Of a DNA stretch of 64,000 nucleotides, positions 1-10,626 are shown piece after piece. Each line of letters opens with the position of its first letter. Position 1 is the stretch's first letter. The notes beneath the pieces are model-generated. The model was not told the origin of the DNA. It was given only the letters and a program-made list of their open reading frames with translations, and did no database searches. Origin of the DNA: Alphaproteobacteria bacterium (GTDB lineage Bacteria; Pseudomonadota; Alphaproteobacteria; Caedimonadales; UBA1908); the NCBI GenBank assembly GCA_013911655.1, contig JACESU010000003.1, positions 65,996 to 129,995 of the forward strand, read 5' to 3'. Made by a program: the position numbers and the translations under genes.

Positions 1-1046
1 CCCCGGCAACGCCTTACTACAACACGCTCCTTCTTTTTGTAGGAAGTTTTGTGGCAAGTCTTATTGGCACAACGGGGGCGGCCATGCTTTTTATCAGACC
101 TCTTCTGGCGATTAACAAAGAGCGTACCTTTAAAACCCATACCGTAATCTTTTTCATCGTGCTTGTGTGTAATGCTGGCGGGTCGCTTAGTGCCATCGGG
201 GATCCGCCCCTGTTTTTAGGATTTTTAAGCGGTATCGATTTCTTTTGGCCTACAAAAAAGCTTTTTTGGCCAACGTTGATGGTTCTGATTCCTCTTCTCG
301 TCCTTTACGCGGGGATTGACCATTGGTATCTTAAGAAAGAAACCCTTTCCCCCTACAAAGCGCCTCCGGGCCGGCGCCTAATCTTTGCCGGAAAGCGCAA
401 TATTCCCATGATGGTGGCCGCAATCGCGCTGGTGCTCATAAGTGGTTTTTGGCAATCATCCTTTTATCTGTCGTTAATGGACGTAAAACTTTATGCCCAG
501 GACCTTGTGCGGGATCTAGGGCTTGTGGCGCTTACCTGGGCGTCTTGGCGCTATGGCCCGCGACATGCGCGTCGGGATAACGATTTCAGTTGGGAGCCTT
601 TAATCGAGGTCGCGAAACTGTTTGCCGCCATTTTCATCACAGCCGCCCCCGTCATGACGATCCTCAAGGCGGGTCACAAAGGATCCATGGCGGCCCTTGT
701 CTCCCTTGTGACCCAAGACGGTCAACCCGTAAACGCTGCTTACTTTTGGTTGTCGGGTATATTGTCGGCCTTTCTTGATAACGCGCCCACCTACTTGGTG
801 TTTTTTAGTCTGTCAGGCGGCGACCCCAAAACCCTCATGGGTGCTTTGGACCACACTCTTATGGCCTTTTCCTTGGGATCTGTGTTCATGGGCGCCCTTA
901 CCTATATCGGGAACGCGCCTAATTTTATGGTCAAGTCCATCGCCGAAAGTCAAAACGTCGCGATGCCCAGTTTTTTTGGGTATATGGCATGGTCTTGTGG
1001 ACTTTTGTTGCCACTTTTTCTATTACTGACCCTATTGCTATTTTAA
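1..1046 (+). CDS. Multi-pass permease, sodium:proton antiporter-like (ArsB/NhaD superfamily); 5-prime end lies outside the window
   Basis: The reading frame is open from position 3, so the GTG at 51 is not the true start. The protein is very hydrophobic, with segments such as GDPPLFLGFL and NAPTYLVFF typical of this permease group. Family assignment is from memory only. Confidence 0.5.
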   Translation, partial: PATPYYNTLLLFVGSFVASLIGTTGAAMLFIRPLLAINKERTFKTHTVIFFIVLVCNAGGSLSAIGDPPLFLGFLSGIDFFWPTKKLFWPTLMVLIPLLVLYAGIDHWYLKKETLSPYKAPPGRRLIFAGKRNIPMMVAAIALVLISGFWQSSFYLSLMDVKLYAQDLVRDLGLVALTWASWRYGPRHARRDNDFSWEPLIEVAKLFAAIFITAAPVMTILKAGHKGSMAALVSLVTQDGQPVNAAYFWLSGILSAFLDNAPTYLVFFSLSGGDPKTLMGALDHTLMAFSLGSVFMGALTYIGNAPNFMVKSIAESQNVAMPSFFGYMAWSCGLLLPLFLLLTLLLF

Positions 1047-1068
1047 CGATCATAAAAGGACCTGCACG

Positions 1069-2574
1069 ATGGATCAAACATCTCTCCCAGAAACGGATCT
1101 TTCCGGGGAAAAGGAAAATATTTTTAGAGCCTCACGCCTGGCAAAACTGGACGCCATCAAAGCCATGGGGATAAATCCCTACCCTTCGACTTTTGAACGT
1201 TCCCATAATCTAGAGACCCTTCAACACGATTTTTTTGAGCTTGAATCAGGTGCCGAGAGCGACACCGTCGCCCGCGTGGCCGGACGTATTCGCGCCATTC
1301 GCAACAGCGGGATGTTCATTGATCTTCACGACAGCACCGGCAAACTTCAGTTGTTTTGCCATAAAGACGTCCTTGGCGAAGAAGGGCTTACCTTCATCAA
1401 ACAGTTAGACGTTGGAGACATTATTGGGGCCGAAGGCCTCATTCGCCGCACAACCAGGGGTGAGCTTACCCTGAATGTCAAAGCAATTTCTCTTTTGTCC
1501 AAGGCGCTTCTTCCCCTGCCTGAAAAATACCACGGCCTTAGTGACGTGGAGACACGCTATCGTCAACGCTATCTTGATCTCATCATGAATGAAGATAGCC
1601 GGTCGACTTTGCGTGCACGCAGCCAAATCGTTTCTGCCATGCGCCGTTATTTAACGGACGAAGGATTCCTTGAGGTCGAAACACCGATGCTGCAAACTAT
1701 TGCGGGGGGTGCTGCCGCGAGACCCTTTATCACCCACCACAACGCTCTTGATCTTGATTTGTATCTGCGTATTGCCCCAGAGCTTTACCTCAAGCGACTC
1801 ATTGTTGGCGGACTTTCTGATAAACTATTTGAAATTAATAGAAACTTCAGAAACGAAGGGGTGTCCACACGTCATAACCCTGAATTCACCATGATCGAGC
1901 TTTACCAAGCGTATGGCGATGCCAGCACCATGATTGAGCTTACCCAAACCATGATTTCCCATATCGCGACGACTTTGTTTGACACAACAAGCTTTGAGTA
2001 TGCGGGCAAAACCCTTCACTTTGCAAAGCCTTGGCGGGCAGTTTCCATGTTAGACGCGGTGCGTGAGGTCACAGGCCTTGATCTTAGTCAAATGGACGCG
2101 CTTCAGGCCGCAGGCGCCGTGAAAACCCTTGGGATCACCGTTAAAAAAGACGCCTTATGGGGAGAAATTGTCGAAGCTACCTTTGCTGAAAAAGTCGAAG
2201 AAACCTTGATTCAACCAACTTTTGTGACCGAGTTTCCCTTGGATATTTCACCACTTGCCAAGCCTCATCCCACAAACCCACGTCTGACGGAACGTTTTGA
2301 GGTCTTTGTGAACGGGATCGAGCTTGCCAACGGCTTTTCGGAGCTGAGTGACCCCATCGATCAACGCGCAAGATTCGAAGCTCAAGTCGAGGCCAAGGAC
2401 AAAGGAAACGATGAAGCTCACGCCATGGACGAAGATTTCATCACGGCCCTAGAGTATGCCATGCCCCCTACGGGCGGTCTTGGGATTGGGATTGATCGCT
2501 TGGTGATGTTCCTCACGGGCGCTCCCAGCATCCGGGACGTGATCGCCTTTCCAACGATGAAGCCAAGAGATTAA
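1069..2574 (+). CDS. lysS: Lysyl-tRNA synthetase, class II
   Basis: 501 aa with class II motifs (FRNEGVSTRHNPEFTMIELYQAY, GGLGIGIDRLVMFL). AAAGGA Shine-Dalgarno lies upstream of the ATG. Confidence 0.95.
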   Translation: MDQTSLPETDLSGEKENIFRASRLAKLDAIKAMGINPYPSTFERSHNLETLQHDFFELESGAESDTVARVAGRIRAIRNSGMFIDLHDSTGKLQLFCHKDVLGEEGLTFIKQLDVGDIIGAEGLIRRTTRGELTLNVKAISLLSKALLPLPEKYHGLSDVETRYRQRYLDLIMNEDSRSTLRARSQIVSAMRRYLTDEGFLEVETPMLQTIAGGAAARPFITHHNALDLDLYLRIAPELYLKRLIVGGLSDKLFEINRNFRNEGVSTRHNPEFTMIELYQAYGDASTMIELTQTMISHIATTLFDTTSFEYAGKTLHFAKPWRAVSMLDAVREVTGLDLSQMDALQAAGAVKTLGITVKKDALWGEIVEATFAEKVEETLIQPTFVTEFPLDISPLAKPHPTNPRLTERFEVFVNGIELANGFSELSDPIDQRARFEAQVEAKDKGNDEAHAMDEDFITALEYAMPPTGGLGIGIDRLVMFLTGAPSIRDVIAFPTMKPRD

Positions 2575-2587
2575 GGTATAAACAAAG

Positions 2588-2609
2588 AGAGCGGTATTAA
2601 TGCCGCTCT
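2588..2609. terminator. Hairpin between convergent lysS and tRNA-Ser, possibly a bidirectional terminator
   Basis: AGAGCGG-N8-CCGCTCT stem-loop with partly U-rich flanks in both orientations. Confidence 0.4.
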
Positions 2610-2639
2610 TGTTGATCTGGAGATGAAGAAAAAAGAAAG

Positions 2640-2729
2640 TGGCGGATGGGGTGGGATTCGAACCCACGAAGGAGTCGCCCCCTTGCCGGTTTTCAAGACC
2701 GGTGCCTTCAACCGCTCGGCCACCCATCC
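2640..2729 (-). tRNA. tRNA-Ser (anticodon UGA)
   Basis: The reverse complement folds as a cloverleaf: acceptor GGATGGG/CCCATCC, anticodon loop CTTGAAA, long variable arm, TTCGAAT T-loop, encoded CCA. Confidence 0.9.
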
Positions 2730-2799
2730 AACACACCCTCATTGATATCCTGGGAACGAGCTTTCGTCAAGAAAACACGTGAAAGACGCTCAAAAAAAC

Positions 2800-3093
2800 C
2801 TAAATTTCCTCTGTGAATTTGTTTTGCACAAGACAAACAAGGGCCCGAAGGGCCTCGTTGGCGCCAGTGCCCGTGCACATAATCTCGAGAAAAGTCCCTT
2901 GTCTTGCCCCTAAGAGCAAAAGCCCCATAAGAGACGTCCCTGGCACTGTCCGGTGAGCGTGACACACCTGAATATCAGCGTCAAAACTCTCGGCAAGCTT
3001 GACAAACCTTGCAGCAGCGCGCGCATGAAGACCCCGCACATTGATAACTTCAACAAGTTGACGTACGCACTGGATTTCTTCTTGTGGGGTCAC
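2800..3093 (-). CDS. ptsH: HPr-family phosphocarrier protein (NPr/HPr)
   Basis: 97 aa. It has the active-site His context RGLHARAA and a GTSLMGLL segment equivalent to the Ser46 region. The GTG start overlaps the upstream stop (GTGA). Confidence 0.85.
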   Translation of the reverse strand: MTPQEEIQCVRQLVEVINVRGLHARAAARFVKLAESFDADIQVCHAHRTVPGTSLMGLLLLGARQGTFLEIMCTGTGANEALRALVCLVQNKFTEEI

Positions 3094-3497
3094 GATCCCG
3101 TTCCCAAGAGGCGTGACGCGACGTTAATGTATGAGCGTGCGGCTTCCTGGGCAGCAAGGGACGCTTCTTCCAAGCTGTGGGTGCTTCTGACTTTGGCAAG
3201 CTTGACGAGCATGGGCATATTCACCCCCGCAATAACCTCGAGATTTTCGTAAGCCCCCAAAAAAGAGATCGCAAGGTTTGACGGCGTGCCTCCGAACATG
3301 TCCGTTAAAAGAAGCACCCCTGTGCCTGTATCTACCTCATCAATAAGCGCGGCAAGGCGTCCTCTTGTGTCGTCCATATCCTCTTCCCAATTAACACAGA
3401 GCGCTGCTAAATTTTCTTGCTTTCCCACTACACGCTCTAGGACGTTTAAGAATTCTTGCCCAAGAGATCCATGGGCGACGATAATCACGCCAATCAT
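3090..3497 (-). CDS. PTS EIIA component, mannose/fructose type
   Basis: MIGVIIVAHGSLG N-terminus and TDMFGGTPSN motif. I chose the start at internal Met 20 (3497) because of the AAGGGAG Shine-Dalgarno; the ORF-track start at 3554 is less likely. Confidence 0.8.
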   Translation of the reverse strand: MIGVIIVAHGSLGQEFLNVLERVVGKQENLAALCVNWEEDMDDTRGRLAALIDEVDTGTGVLLLTDMFGGTPSNLAISFLGAYENLEVIAGVNMPMLVKLAKVRSTHSLEEASLAAQEAARSYINVASRLLGTGS

Positions 3498-3654
3498 TTC
3501 ATATGCTCCCTTTTGATTTTCCTTCATCATACGCGCGACTTGCCTTCTATACAAACAAGTCTTTTTCTATAAAGGAGGTTTTTAGCTAGTAAAGTGGTCA
3601 AGAGTTGACTTATGATATTTTGCTTCTGTGTCAACCTTATCAATGAGGAGTGTT

Positions 3655-4842
3655 ATGTCTACGCCTTCCCCTGCCCATACGCATAAATGGGTTTTTATCA
3701 CCGCTGGATTCGCCATGTTTTCCATGTTTTTTGGCTCTGGAAATTTGGTCTTTCCTTTGGTGGTGGGATACAAGACGCTAGACCAATTCTCTCACGCGGC
3801 CCTCGGCCTTTTGGTGACAGGAACGTTGGTTCCTTTTTTGGGGCTTTTGACCATGATTTTCATGAATGGGGATACAAAAAAGTTCTTCTCTAAGCTTGGG
3901 ACAGTTCCGGGCTTTCTTTTGCCGTTTTTAATGCTGGCACTTCTCGGTCCTTTCGGCGTGTGTGCGCGTTGCATTTTGGTGTCTTATGGGAGTATTAACC
4001 TCGTGTGGCCCGAGCTTTCCTTTCCCATTTTCAGCGTCAGTTTTGCCCTCATTGCGGCCCTCATGACGCTGAATCGCAAACGCCTTGTGCGCCTTCTTGG
4101 TCGCTATTTGACACCGTGTTTGCTTTTGGGGATTACACTGATTCTGGTCGTGGGTATCTGGCAGGCCCCCCCTCCAAGCCATTCTGCCCTTGAGTCAACG
4201 GCGTCCTTTAATATCGGTCTTCATCAAGGGTATCAGTTGATGGATCTGTTGGCGGCTTTCTTTTTTTCCGCGACCATTGTTGAATATCTACATGCACACC
4301 TTGGCAAGGGTGCCACCGTCCCATACGTTGCCAAGGAAGCCGTTAAGGCAAGCGGGGTAGGTATCACCCTTCTTGCCATCGTGTATCTAGGCTTTGTGGG
4401 GCTCGGTGCGTCTTACGCTCCACATTTGCACGGGGCGTCTGCTGAAAAAATGCTGATCCTCATTGCCCAACAAACCTTAGGTGATATGGCCCTGCCCCTT
4501 TTGGCGCTGACCATTTGCCTTGCGTGCCTGACAACTTTGGTTGCCCTTGCTGGCCTTTTTGCGGATTTTTGTCAAAAAGAAATGTTCAAAGAAAAAATCG
4601 GTCGCACGCCTTGTGTGGTCGTCACTTACATCCTGTGTAGCGTGATTTCTTTTCTGGGCTTTGACGAGCTTGCCTCTTGGATTGGCGCCGTTATGGACTT
4701 TGTATACCCTGCCCTTATTGTGCTCTCGCTTGTATCCATTACGGACTATTTTATGAAAAGCAACTGGGCGCCAAAACTTTTTTATGTGGCCCTTGGCGTT
4801 TTAGGCATTGCAAAGGCTGCAAAGGCGGGGGGCTTTTTCTAA
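3655..4842 (+). CDS. brnQ: Branched-chain amino acid transport system II carrier
   Basis: FGSGNLVFP motif near the N-terminus and about 12 hydrophobic segments. The ATG at 3655 is preceded by GAGGAG. Confidence 0.8.
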   Translation: MSTPSPAHTHKWVFITAGFAMFSMFFGSGNLVFPLVVGYKTLDQFSHAALGLLVTGTLVPFLGLLTMIFMNGDTKKFFSKLGTVPGFLLPFLMLALLGPFGVCARCILVSYGSINLVWPELSFPIFSVSFALIAALMTLNRKRLVRLLGRYLTPCLLLGITLILVVGIWQAPPPSHSALESTASFNIGLHQGYQLMDLLAAFFFSATIVEYLHAHLGKGATVPYVAKEAVKASGVGITLLAIVYLGFVGLGASYAPHLHGASAEKMLILIAQQTLGDMALPLLALTICLACLTTLVALAGLFADFCQKEMFKEKIGRTPCVVVTYILCSVISFLGFDELASWIGAVMDFVYPALIVLSLVSITDYFMKSNWAPKLFYVALGVLGIAKAAKAGGFF

Positions 4843-5900
4843 CCCTCGCCCCCCCCTTCGAAAAGCGTACTTTGTAGACGCGGCGCTTGCAGGCCAAGAT
4901 GCTTGTAAGCGGCCGCCGTCAGCATGCGACCCCTTGGTGTGCGCTGTAAAAAACCTTGTTGAATGAGATAAGGCTCGACGACTTCTTCAAGGGTATCACG
5001 CTGCTCGAAAAGGGCGGCCGCCAGGGTCTCGGCGCCCACAGGCCCTCCACCATACGATCTGGCAATAGCCAAAAGGTATCTAAGGTCCTGGCCATCAAGG
5101 CCAATTTGATCCACGCCCAAGCGGTTTAAGGCGGCATCCACTTGGACTCGGTCCATGGGCACATCACTCTCTGCCCCAAAATCCCGCACCCGGCGGAGAA
5201 GCCGTCCTGCAATGCGAGGAGTCCCACGGGCACGTCTTGCAATTTCTTGAACACCTTCTGGGGCTAGAGAAAAGTCCAAAAGACGCGCGCCGCGCGCCAC
5301 TACCAGCTCAAGTTCTTGTGGTGTATAGAAATCAAGGCGCAAAGGAATCCCAAAGCGGTCACGAAGGGGCGCTGTCAGAAGCCCCGTGCGAGTCGTCGCT
5401 GCCACGAGCGTAAAGGGCGGTAAATCAATTTGAATAGACCTGGCAGACGGGCCTTCTCCTAATATAAGATCGAGTTTACAATCTTCCATGGCTGGATAAA
5501 GGATTTCCTCGATCACCGGATTCAGGCGGTGAATTTCATCAATAAATAGAACGTCACGTGGCTGCAGGTTCGTGAGAATGGCGGCCAAATCCCCGGCCTT
5601 TGAAATAATGGGGCCAGAGGTCGCCCGAAAGCCGACCCCCAATTCTTGGGCAATGATGTGGGCCAAGGTCGTTTTACCAAGCCCTGGGGGACCGTGAAAA
5701 AGCACATGATCCATGGCCTCGCCCCGAGCTTTGGCCGCGCCCACAAATACACGTAAGTTTGCGCAGACTTCTTTTTGTCCAATAAAGTCCGCAAGACTTT
5801 TAGGGCGTAAAGAGGGGCCCTCCCCTTCGGTCTCCTTTTCATAAGGATCTAAAAGGGGATTGGCTGAAGACCTAAGACTTTGAGAGCTGGGCAAGGGCAA
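4839..5900 (-). CDS. ruvB: Holliday junction branch migration helicase RuvB
   Basis: [11 protein letters not shown] Walker [10 protein letters not shown], and RuvB C-terminal domain. The TTG start overlaps the ruvA end and is uncertain. Confidence 0.95.
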   Translation of the reverse strand: MPLPSSQSLRSSANPLLDPYEKETEGEGPSLRPKSLADFIGQKEVCANLRVFVGAAKARGEAMDHVLFHGPPGLGKTTLAHIIAQELGVGFRATSGPIISKAGDLAAILTNLQPRDVLFIDEIHRLNPVIEEILYPAMEDCKLDLILGEGPSARSIQIDLPPFTLVAATTRTGLLTAPLRDRFGIPLRLDFYTPQELELVVARGARLLDFSLAPEGVQEIARRARGTPRIAGRLLRRVRDFGAESDVPMDRVQVDAALNRLGVDQIGLDGQDLRYLLAIARSYGGGPVGAETLAAALFEQRDTLEEVVEPYLIQQGFLQRTPRGRMLTAAAYKHLGLQAPRLQSTLFEGGGEG

Positions 5901-6495
5901 GGCGGATGACCTCCTGAACGGTTAACTCGGGTGTGTTTTTTACAATATCCGTCACAACACTTGTGGCATCTATCAAGCGGTATCCAAGTCCTACAAGGGC
6001 TTGGGTTGCATCTTTCAAAAGACCTTGGGGACCTTGAAGTGTTAGCACTTTTACGTTCAAGGTCTGCACAGTCGTGATTCCTGTCTCAGAAAACGCTCCC
6101 ATCTTATCTTTAAGCTCGTTGACAATCCGCGCGGCAAGCTTAGGCCCTACCCCGTCTGCTTTGGTCAAATAACTTTGATCTTGAAGAGACAGGGCGCGCA
6201 ACATATCCTCAGCGGATCCAACACTAAGAAGCGCAAGACCCACACGTGTCCCGACCCCTTGAACTGAGGTCAACAGCTTGAAAAGGCGTCTTTCTTCGGG
6301 GCTATAAAAACCAATCAAGGAAATATCATCTTCTCTGACAAGCATCTGAGTCCACAAGGTCGTGGTCTTGCCTGCATGGGGAAGTTGTGACAGGGCGGCG
6401 GCCGAGCACGTTAAATGGTAGCCAACCCCTTGTACATCAAGGACGACGTAAGTGTCTCCTATTTCCTCTACAAGGCCTTTTAATTTTGAAATCAA
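5872..6495 (-). CDS. ruvA: Holliday junction DNA-binding protein RuvA
   Basis: The ISKLKGLV N-terminus is typical of RuvA, and the protein has HhH region and a domain III. The TTG start at 6495 has a GGGAGA Shine-Dalgarno and a TTGA overlap with the ruvC stop. Confidence 0.9.
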   Translation of the reverse strand: MISKLKGLVEEIGDTYVVLDVQGVGYHLTCSAAALSQLPHAGKTTTLWTQMLVREDDISLIGFYSPEERRLFKLLTSVQGVGTRVGLALLSVGSAEDMLRALSLQDQSYLTKADGVGPKLAARIVNELKDKMGAFSETGITTVQTLNVKVLTLQGPQGLLKDATQALVGLGYRLIDATSVVTDIVKNTPELTVQEVIRLALAQLSKS

Positions 6496-6986
6496 GACGC
6501 TTTCTCCCACTGTGTTTGCGTTTGACGACACCACCCATGGCAAATGGCAACAGCAAGGGCGTCGGCCGCATCAGCCGTCGTCGCGCCAGCGGTAGGAAGA
6601 AGTCTTGCCACCATGGCGCTCACCTGCTCTTTCCCGGCATGACCCGCACCCACAACGGCTTTTTTGACTTGGTTCGCGGTGTATTCTCCTACATGAAGAC
6701 CGTACCTTGCCGGCGTCAACAAGACAACACCCCTTGCCATTCCCAATTTTAACGTAGAGGCTGGATTCTTATTCACAAAGGTCTCTTCAACGGCCGCTTC
6801 TTCAGGGGCGTAAGTTTCCACAATATGGCAAAGATGCGCGTGTAAATAGGAAAGACGCTCGGACAACGACGCCTTGGTCGGGGACGCGATGACGCCATGG
6901 GCAATGTGGGAAAGTTTTCCCCCCTTAAAGGAAATCACCCCCCACCCCGTAAAGCGAAGTCCCGGATCAAGGCCCAGAATATGCAC
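6492..6986 (-). CDS. ruvC: Crossover junction endodeoxyribonuclease RuvC
   Basis: ILGLDPGLRFTGWGVI N-terminus and conserved acidic residues. GTG start. Confidence 0.9.
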   Translation of the reverse strand: MHILGLDPGLRFTGWGVISFKGGKLSHIAHGVIASPTKASLSERLSYLHAHLCHIVETYAPEEAAVEETFVNKNPASTLKLGMARGVVLLTPARYGLHVGEYTANQVKKAVVGAGHAGKEQVSAMVARLLPTAGATTADAADALAVAICHGWCRQTQTQWEKAS

Positions 6987-6989
6987 GCC

Positions 6990-7742
6990 TTACGCCTCTT
7001 CCAAGGCTTTTTGTGTCTCTTCATCCATATCCTCGTTGGAAAAGACATTCTGGACATCATCCAAATCCTCAAGGGCATCTAAAAGCTTCAAGAGAGATTT
7101 TGCGCCCTCCAAATCCACGGGTACCATGTTTTGTGCTTCCCAAGAAATTTTGGAAGACAAGGGGTCACCAAATTTTTTGGAAATAAGATCCTGAATTTCA
7201 TGAAGACTTGTCATGTCGCAGTAAATGGTATGGACATCTTGATCGGACACCACATCATCAGCGCCCGCTTGAAGGGCTTCTTCAAACATGGCCTCTTCAG
7301 AAGCCGCCGCCTTTGAATAGACGATGACCCCTTGACGCTTGAATTGAAAACTCACACTATTTGTTTCGCCCAAGGATCCACCATACTTGTTAAAGGTGGA
7401 CCGAACGTCCGCGGCACTCCGGTTACGGTTGTCAGTCAGACCTTCAACAATAATGGCAATCCCCCCTGGCCCGTACCCCTCGTAACGTACCTCTTGATAA
7501 TCGGTATCATCCCCGCCACCCATGGCTTTTTTAAGAGCACGCTCGATATTGTCTCCTGGCATATTTTCTGCGCGTGCCGCCATAATCGCCGAGCGCAGGC
7601 GCGGATTGGATTCGGGCGCAATGCCGCCTTCTTTGGCCGATACGGTGATTTCACGAATCAGTTTTGTGAAAATTTTGGCGCGTTTTTTATCCTGCGCCCC
7701 TTTGCGGTACATAATATTTTTAAATTTGGAATGTCCTGCCAT
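6990..7742 (-). CDS. YebC/PmpR family DNA-binding transcriptional regulator
   Basis: MAGHSKFKNIMYRKG N-terminus is a family hallmark. It sits directly upstream of ruvC. Confidence 0.9.
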   Translation of the reverse strand: MAGHSKFKNIMYRKGAQDKKRAKIFTKLIREITVSAKEGGIAPESNPRLRSAIMAARAENMPGDNIERALKKAMGGGDDTDYQEVRYEGYGPGGIAIIVEGLTDNRNRSAADVRSTFNKYGGSLGETNSVSFQFKRQGVIVYSKAAASEEAMFEEALQAGADDVVSDQDVHTIYCDMTSLHEIQDLISKKFGDPLSSKISWEAQNMVPVDLEGAKSLLKLLDALEDLDDVQNVFSNEDMDEETQKALEEA

Positions 7743-7830
7743 GATCAAAGCTCTTTATCATACATCTGATGAGAGATTACAGACCTTGCGGCGCGCGTCA
7801 AGGGGGCTGTGCGCCCCCCCCAAGCCGTCT

Positions 7831-8598
7831 TTAAGAAGGATGCTTGACGTTCCACCAGATGCGTCTTGTGAGAACACCCATCATAACGGTGAAAAGGCCT
7901 AAGAAAATAAGCACCACAACGCCCATGTGCTTACGTTTTTCCATTTCTGGTTCCGACGCCCATGCAAGGAACGTCACAACGTCGTGGGCCATTTGGTGAA
8001 TAGTGGCCTTAGTGCCATCGGGATAGGTCACTTGACCGTCACTGATCAGGGGCGGTGCCATGGCAATTTGGTTCCCTGGAAAGTACTTGTTATAGTGCAT
8101 ACCAGAGGCCATATGCATACCCGCAGGCATCTGGGTATACCCCGTCAAAAGGCCGTATACATAATCAGGACCGTGCGGTCTTGCTTTAACGACCATGGAC
8201 AAATCCACGGGAAAAGCGCCGTTGTTAGCCTCACGGGCGGCGGCTTCTGTGGGGAATGGATGAGCAAAAAAGTCCTTAGGTTCGGCTTTGCGCTTAGTTG
8301 GTTGACCATCATCGGCGACAGTCCCGGCCACCTCGTATTCTGCCGCAATCGCCTTGACGTCAGACTCGGTGAACCCAAGAGCTTTAAGCTTTTCATACCT
8401 CAAGTGATTCATGCCGTGGCACGCCGCACACACTTCGCGGTAAACTTGAAGACCGCGCCTGACAGAGGGGCGGTCATAAGTTCCAAAAGCCCCTGAAAAA
8501 CTCCACTTTTGGGAGGGCGGCTTTGGGACTTCATTAGCCCACACACCCGACTGCCCCAGCATCAAAACACAAAGAAGGATCCACATATTCTTTTTCAT
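7831..8598 (-). CDS. petC: Cytochrome c1 of the bc1 complex
   Basis: CAACHG heme-binding motif, N-terminal signal peptide from MKKNMWILL, C-terminal membrane anchor. Start chosen at 8598 (AAGGA Shine-Dalgarno), just after the petB stop. Confidence 0.85.
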   Translation of the reverse strand: MKKNMWILLCVLMLGQSGVWANEVPKPPSQKWSFSGAFGTYDRPSVRRGLQVYREVCAACHGMNHLRYEKLKALGFTESDVKAIAAEYEVAGTVADDGQPTKRKAEPKDFFAHPFPTEAAAREANNGAFPVDLSMVVKARPHGPDYVYGLLTGYTQMPAGMHMASGMHYNKYFPGNQIAMAPPLISDGQVTYPDGTKATIHQMAHDVVTFLAWASEPEMEKRKHMGVVVLIFLGLFTVMMGVLTRRIWWNVKHPS

Positions 8599-8602
8599 AG
8601 GA

Positions 8603-9847
8603 TTATCCTTTCTTTGACGAAGACGCACCCGGAAACGCGGCCTCGTAAATGCTGTCAGGAACAGGAAGTGTTCGCTCAATCCGTGGCAAAAGCGGGAGGA
8701 TCACCAAAAAATAAACAAAGTAATAGAAAGTTGACAACCGGCTAATTAGGAGAGGAACCCCTTCTGGTTGTTGACCTCCCGCCCAGCCAAGGGTAAGACA
8801 CGCCACCAACAAGAGAGCATAGAAAAGCTTGAAGAGGGGCCGGTACTTTCCACTTTTTACGGAAGACTTATCAAGCCAAGGTACCGCAAACAAAATACCC
8901 ACTGCCGCAAACATCAAGAAGACACCGCCAAGCTTGTCGGGTACTGACCTTAAAATGGCGTAGAACGGTAAGAAGTACCACTCAGGTACGATGTGAGGAG
9001 GAGTCAGTAAGGGATTTGCCGGAATATAGTTATCAGGCTCGCCAAAAAAGTTGGGCGCAAAAAACACAAAGCCTGCCCAGATCAGTAAAAAGACGCCAAG
9101 ACCAAACAGATCCTTTACGGTGTAATAAGGGTGAAAGGGAATGGTGTCCTTGGGATTTTTCTTTTCTACACCTGAGGGATTGTTGGATCCATTGGTGTGA
9201 AGCGCGACTAAATGCAAAACCACAATGCCAATCAGGAGCATGGGTAGTAAATAATGGAGCGAGAAAAAGCGGTTTAGGGTCGGGTTATCCACGGAAAATC
9301 CACCCCAAAGAAGGGTCACAATGGCATCCCCCACCACAGGAATCGCCGAGAAGAGATTCGTAATGACGGTCGCACCCCAATAGCTCATCTGTCCCCAAGG
9401 AAGGACGTACCCCATAAAGGCGGTCGCCATCATGAGAAGCAAAATAACCACACCCATAATCCACAAAAGCTCACGGGGGGCTTTATAGGACCCATAATAA
9501 AGGCCTCTAAAGATATGAATATAGACGGTAATAAAGAACATAGACGCGCCGTTCATATGAATATAACGGATCAGCCATCCATAATTGACTTCGCGCATGA
9601 TACGCTCAACGCTGTCAAAAGCATGATCTACGTGGGGTGTATAGAACATGGCAAGGAAAATACCTGTCAGCACCATCACGACCAAGGTCACCCCGGCCAA
9701 AGACCCAAAGTTCCACAAATAGTTTAGATTCAAAGGTGTCTTATAGTTAATTAAATGATCTTTGGCGAAGGAGAAAAAGGGAATCCTTGCATCCACCCAG
9801 GCCATAAATCCCGTTTCGTTTTGTGGGGAGTTTTTTTGTTCTGACAT
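8603..9847 (-). CDS. petB: Cytochrome b of the bc1 complex
   Basis: Conserved cytochrome b segments ([32 protein letters not shown]). The ATG at 9847 has a GGAGG Shine-Dalgarno. Confidence 0.95.
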   Translation of the reverse strand: MSEQKNSPQNETGFMAWVDARIPFFSFAKDHLINYKTPLNLNYLWNFGSLAGVTLVVMVLTGIFLAMFYTPHVDHAFDSVERIMREVNYGWLIRYIHMNGASMFFITVYIHIFRGLYYGSYKAPRELLWIMGVVILLLMMATAFMGYVLPWGQMSYWGATVITNLFSAIPVVGDAIVTLLWGGFSVDNPTLNRFFSLHYLLPMLLIGIVVLHLVALHTNGSNNPSGVEKKNPKDTIPFHPYYTVKDLFGLGVFLLIWAGFVFFAPNFFGEPDNYIPANPLLTPPHIVPEWYFLPFYAILRSVPDKLGGVFLMFAAVGILFAVPWLDKSSVKSGKYRPLFKLFYALLLVACLTLGWAGGQQPEGVPLLISRLSTFYYFVYFLVILPLLPRIERTLPVPDSIYEAAFPGASSSKKG

Positions 9848-9848
9848 C

Positions 9849-10415
9849 TTAAACCTCCTGACCCACACGAATCGTGGTATCACTTAGGAATGCATAGGGA
9901 GGAACGGGCAAATTGTGCGGGGCAGGACCTCGCCTTACACGACCTGATGCGTCATATTCCGAGCCGTGACAGGGACAGAACCACCCACCATATTCACCCT
10001 TATTATCACTCGGTTTTTGCCCTGACGGCACACACCCTAAGTGGGTGCAAACGCCAACTACAATCAGCCATTCTGCTTTTTTAACGCGCTTATCATCGGT
10101 CTCTGGGTCAATCAGTTTATCCATGGGCACGGCGCGCACTTGTTGAATTTCTTGGGGGGTGCGTCTTCTGATAAACAGGGGCTTACCACGCCACATCACC
10201 GTGATGGCCTGACCTACCGCAATGGACGATAAATCCACATCCACAGTTGCCCCCGCAAGAGTGTCGGACGCAGGGTTTAAGCTGTCCACAAAGGGCCAAA
10301 TGAAGCTCGCGACACCTACACCGCCCATGGCAGCAGACGCCAAGATCAGAAAGTCACGCCGGGTCTTTTTTTCCTCTGCCGCAGGCGTGTCTTGGGTTGA
10401 ATCGAGGGATGTCAT
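9849..10415 (-). CDS. petA: Ubiquinol-cytochrome c reductase Rieske iron-sulfur subunit
   Basis: CTHLGC and CPCHGS 2Fe-2S boxes. TRRDFL twin-arginine signal. Confidence 0.95.
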   Translation of the reverse strand: MTSLDSTQDTPAAEEKKTRRDFLILASAAMGGVGVASFIWPFVDSLNPASDTLAGATVDVDLSSIAVGQAITVMWRGKPLFIRRRTPQEIQQVRAVPMDKLIDPETDDKRVKKAEWLIVVGVCTHLGCVPSGQKPSDNKGEYGGWFCPCHGSEYDASGRVRRGPAPHNLPVPPYAFLSDTTIRVGQEV

Positions 10416-10626
10416 GGAAAGTACACCTCTAAAAATTATCTAAAAACCTCCATCACAGTTGTATCATACCCACAAGAAAAGGGCCAGTCTCTTAGATAAT
10501 CTTTCTCAGACTGTGACTTCTTAAGCGCCTCTCAAGATGATATCCCTCTTCTTGAGTCTGCCCTCTTGAACTCTTCCTTTATATTTTTCACAATAACTTA
10601 CATACAACATTTCAACAGGGCTTAAT

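Noticed and set aside
4839-4842. Tail-to-tail overlaps of convergent genes: brnQ/ruvB (4 nt), deacetylase/ELM1 at 33565-33576 (12 nt), orphan ORF/mgtA at 60371-60374 (4 nt)
   Set aside because: This is consistent with a compact genome. It is not by itself evidence of antisense regulation.
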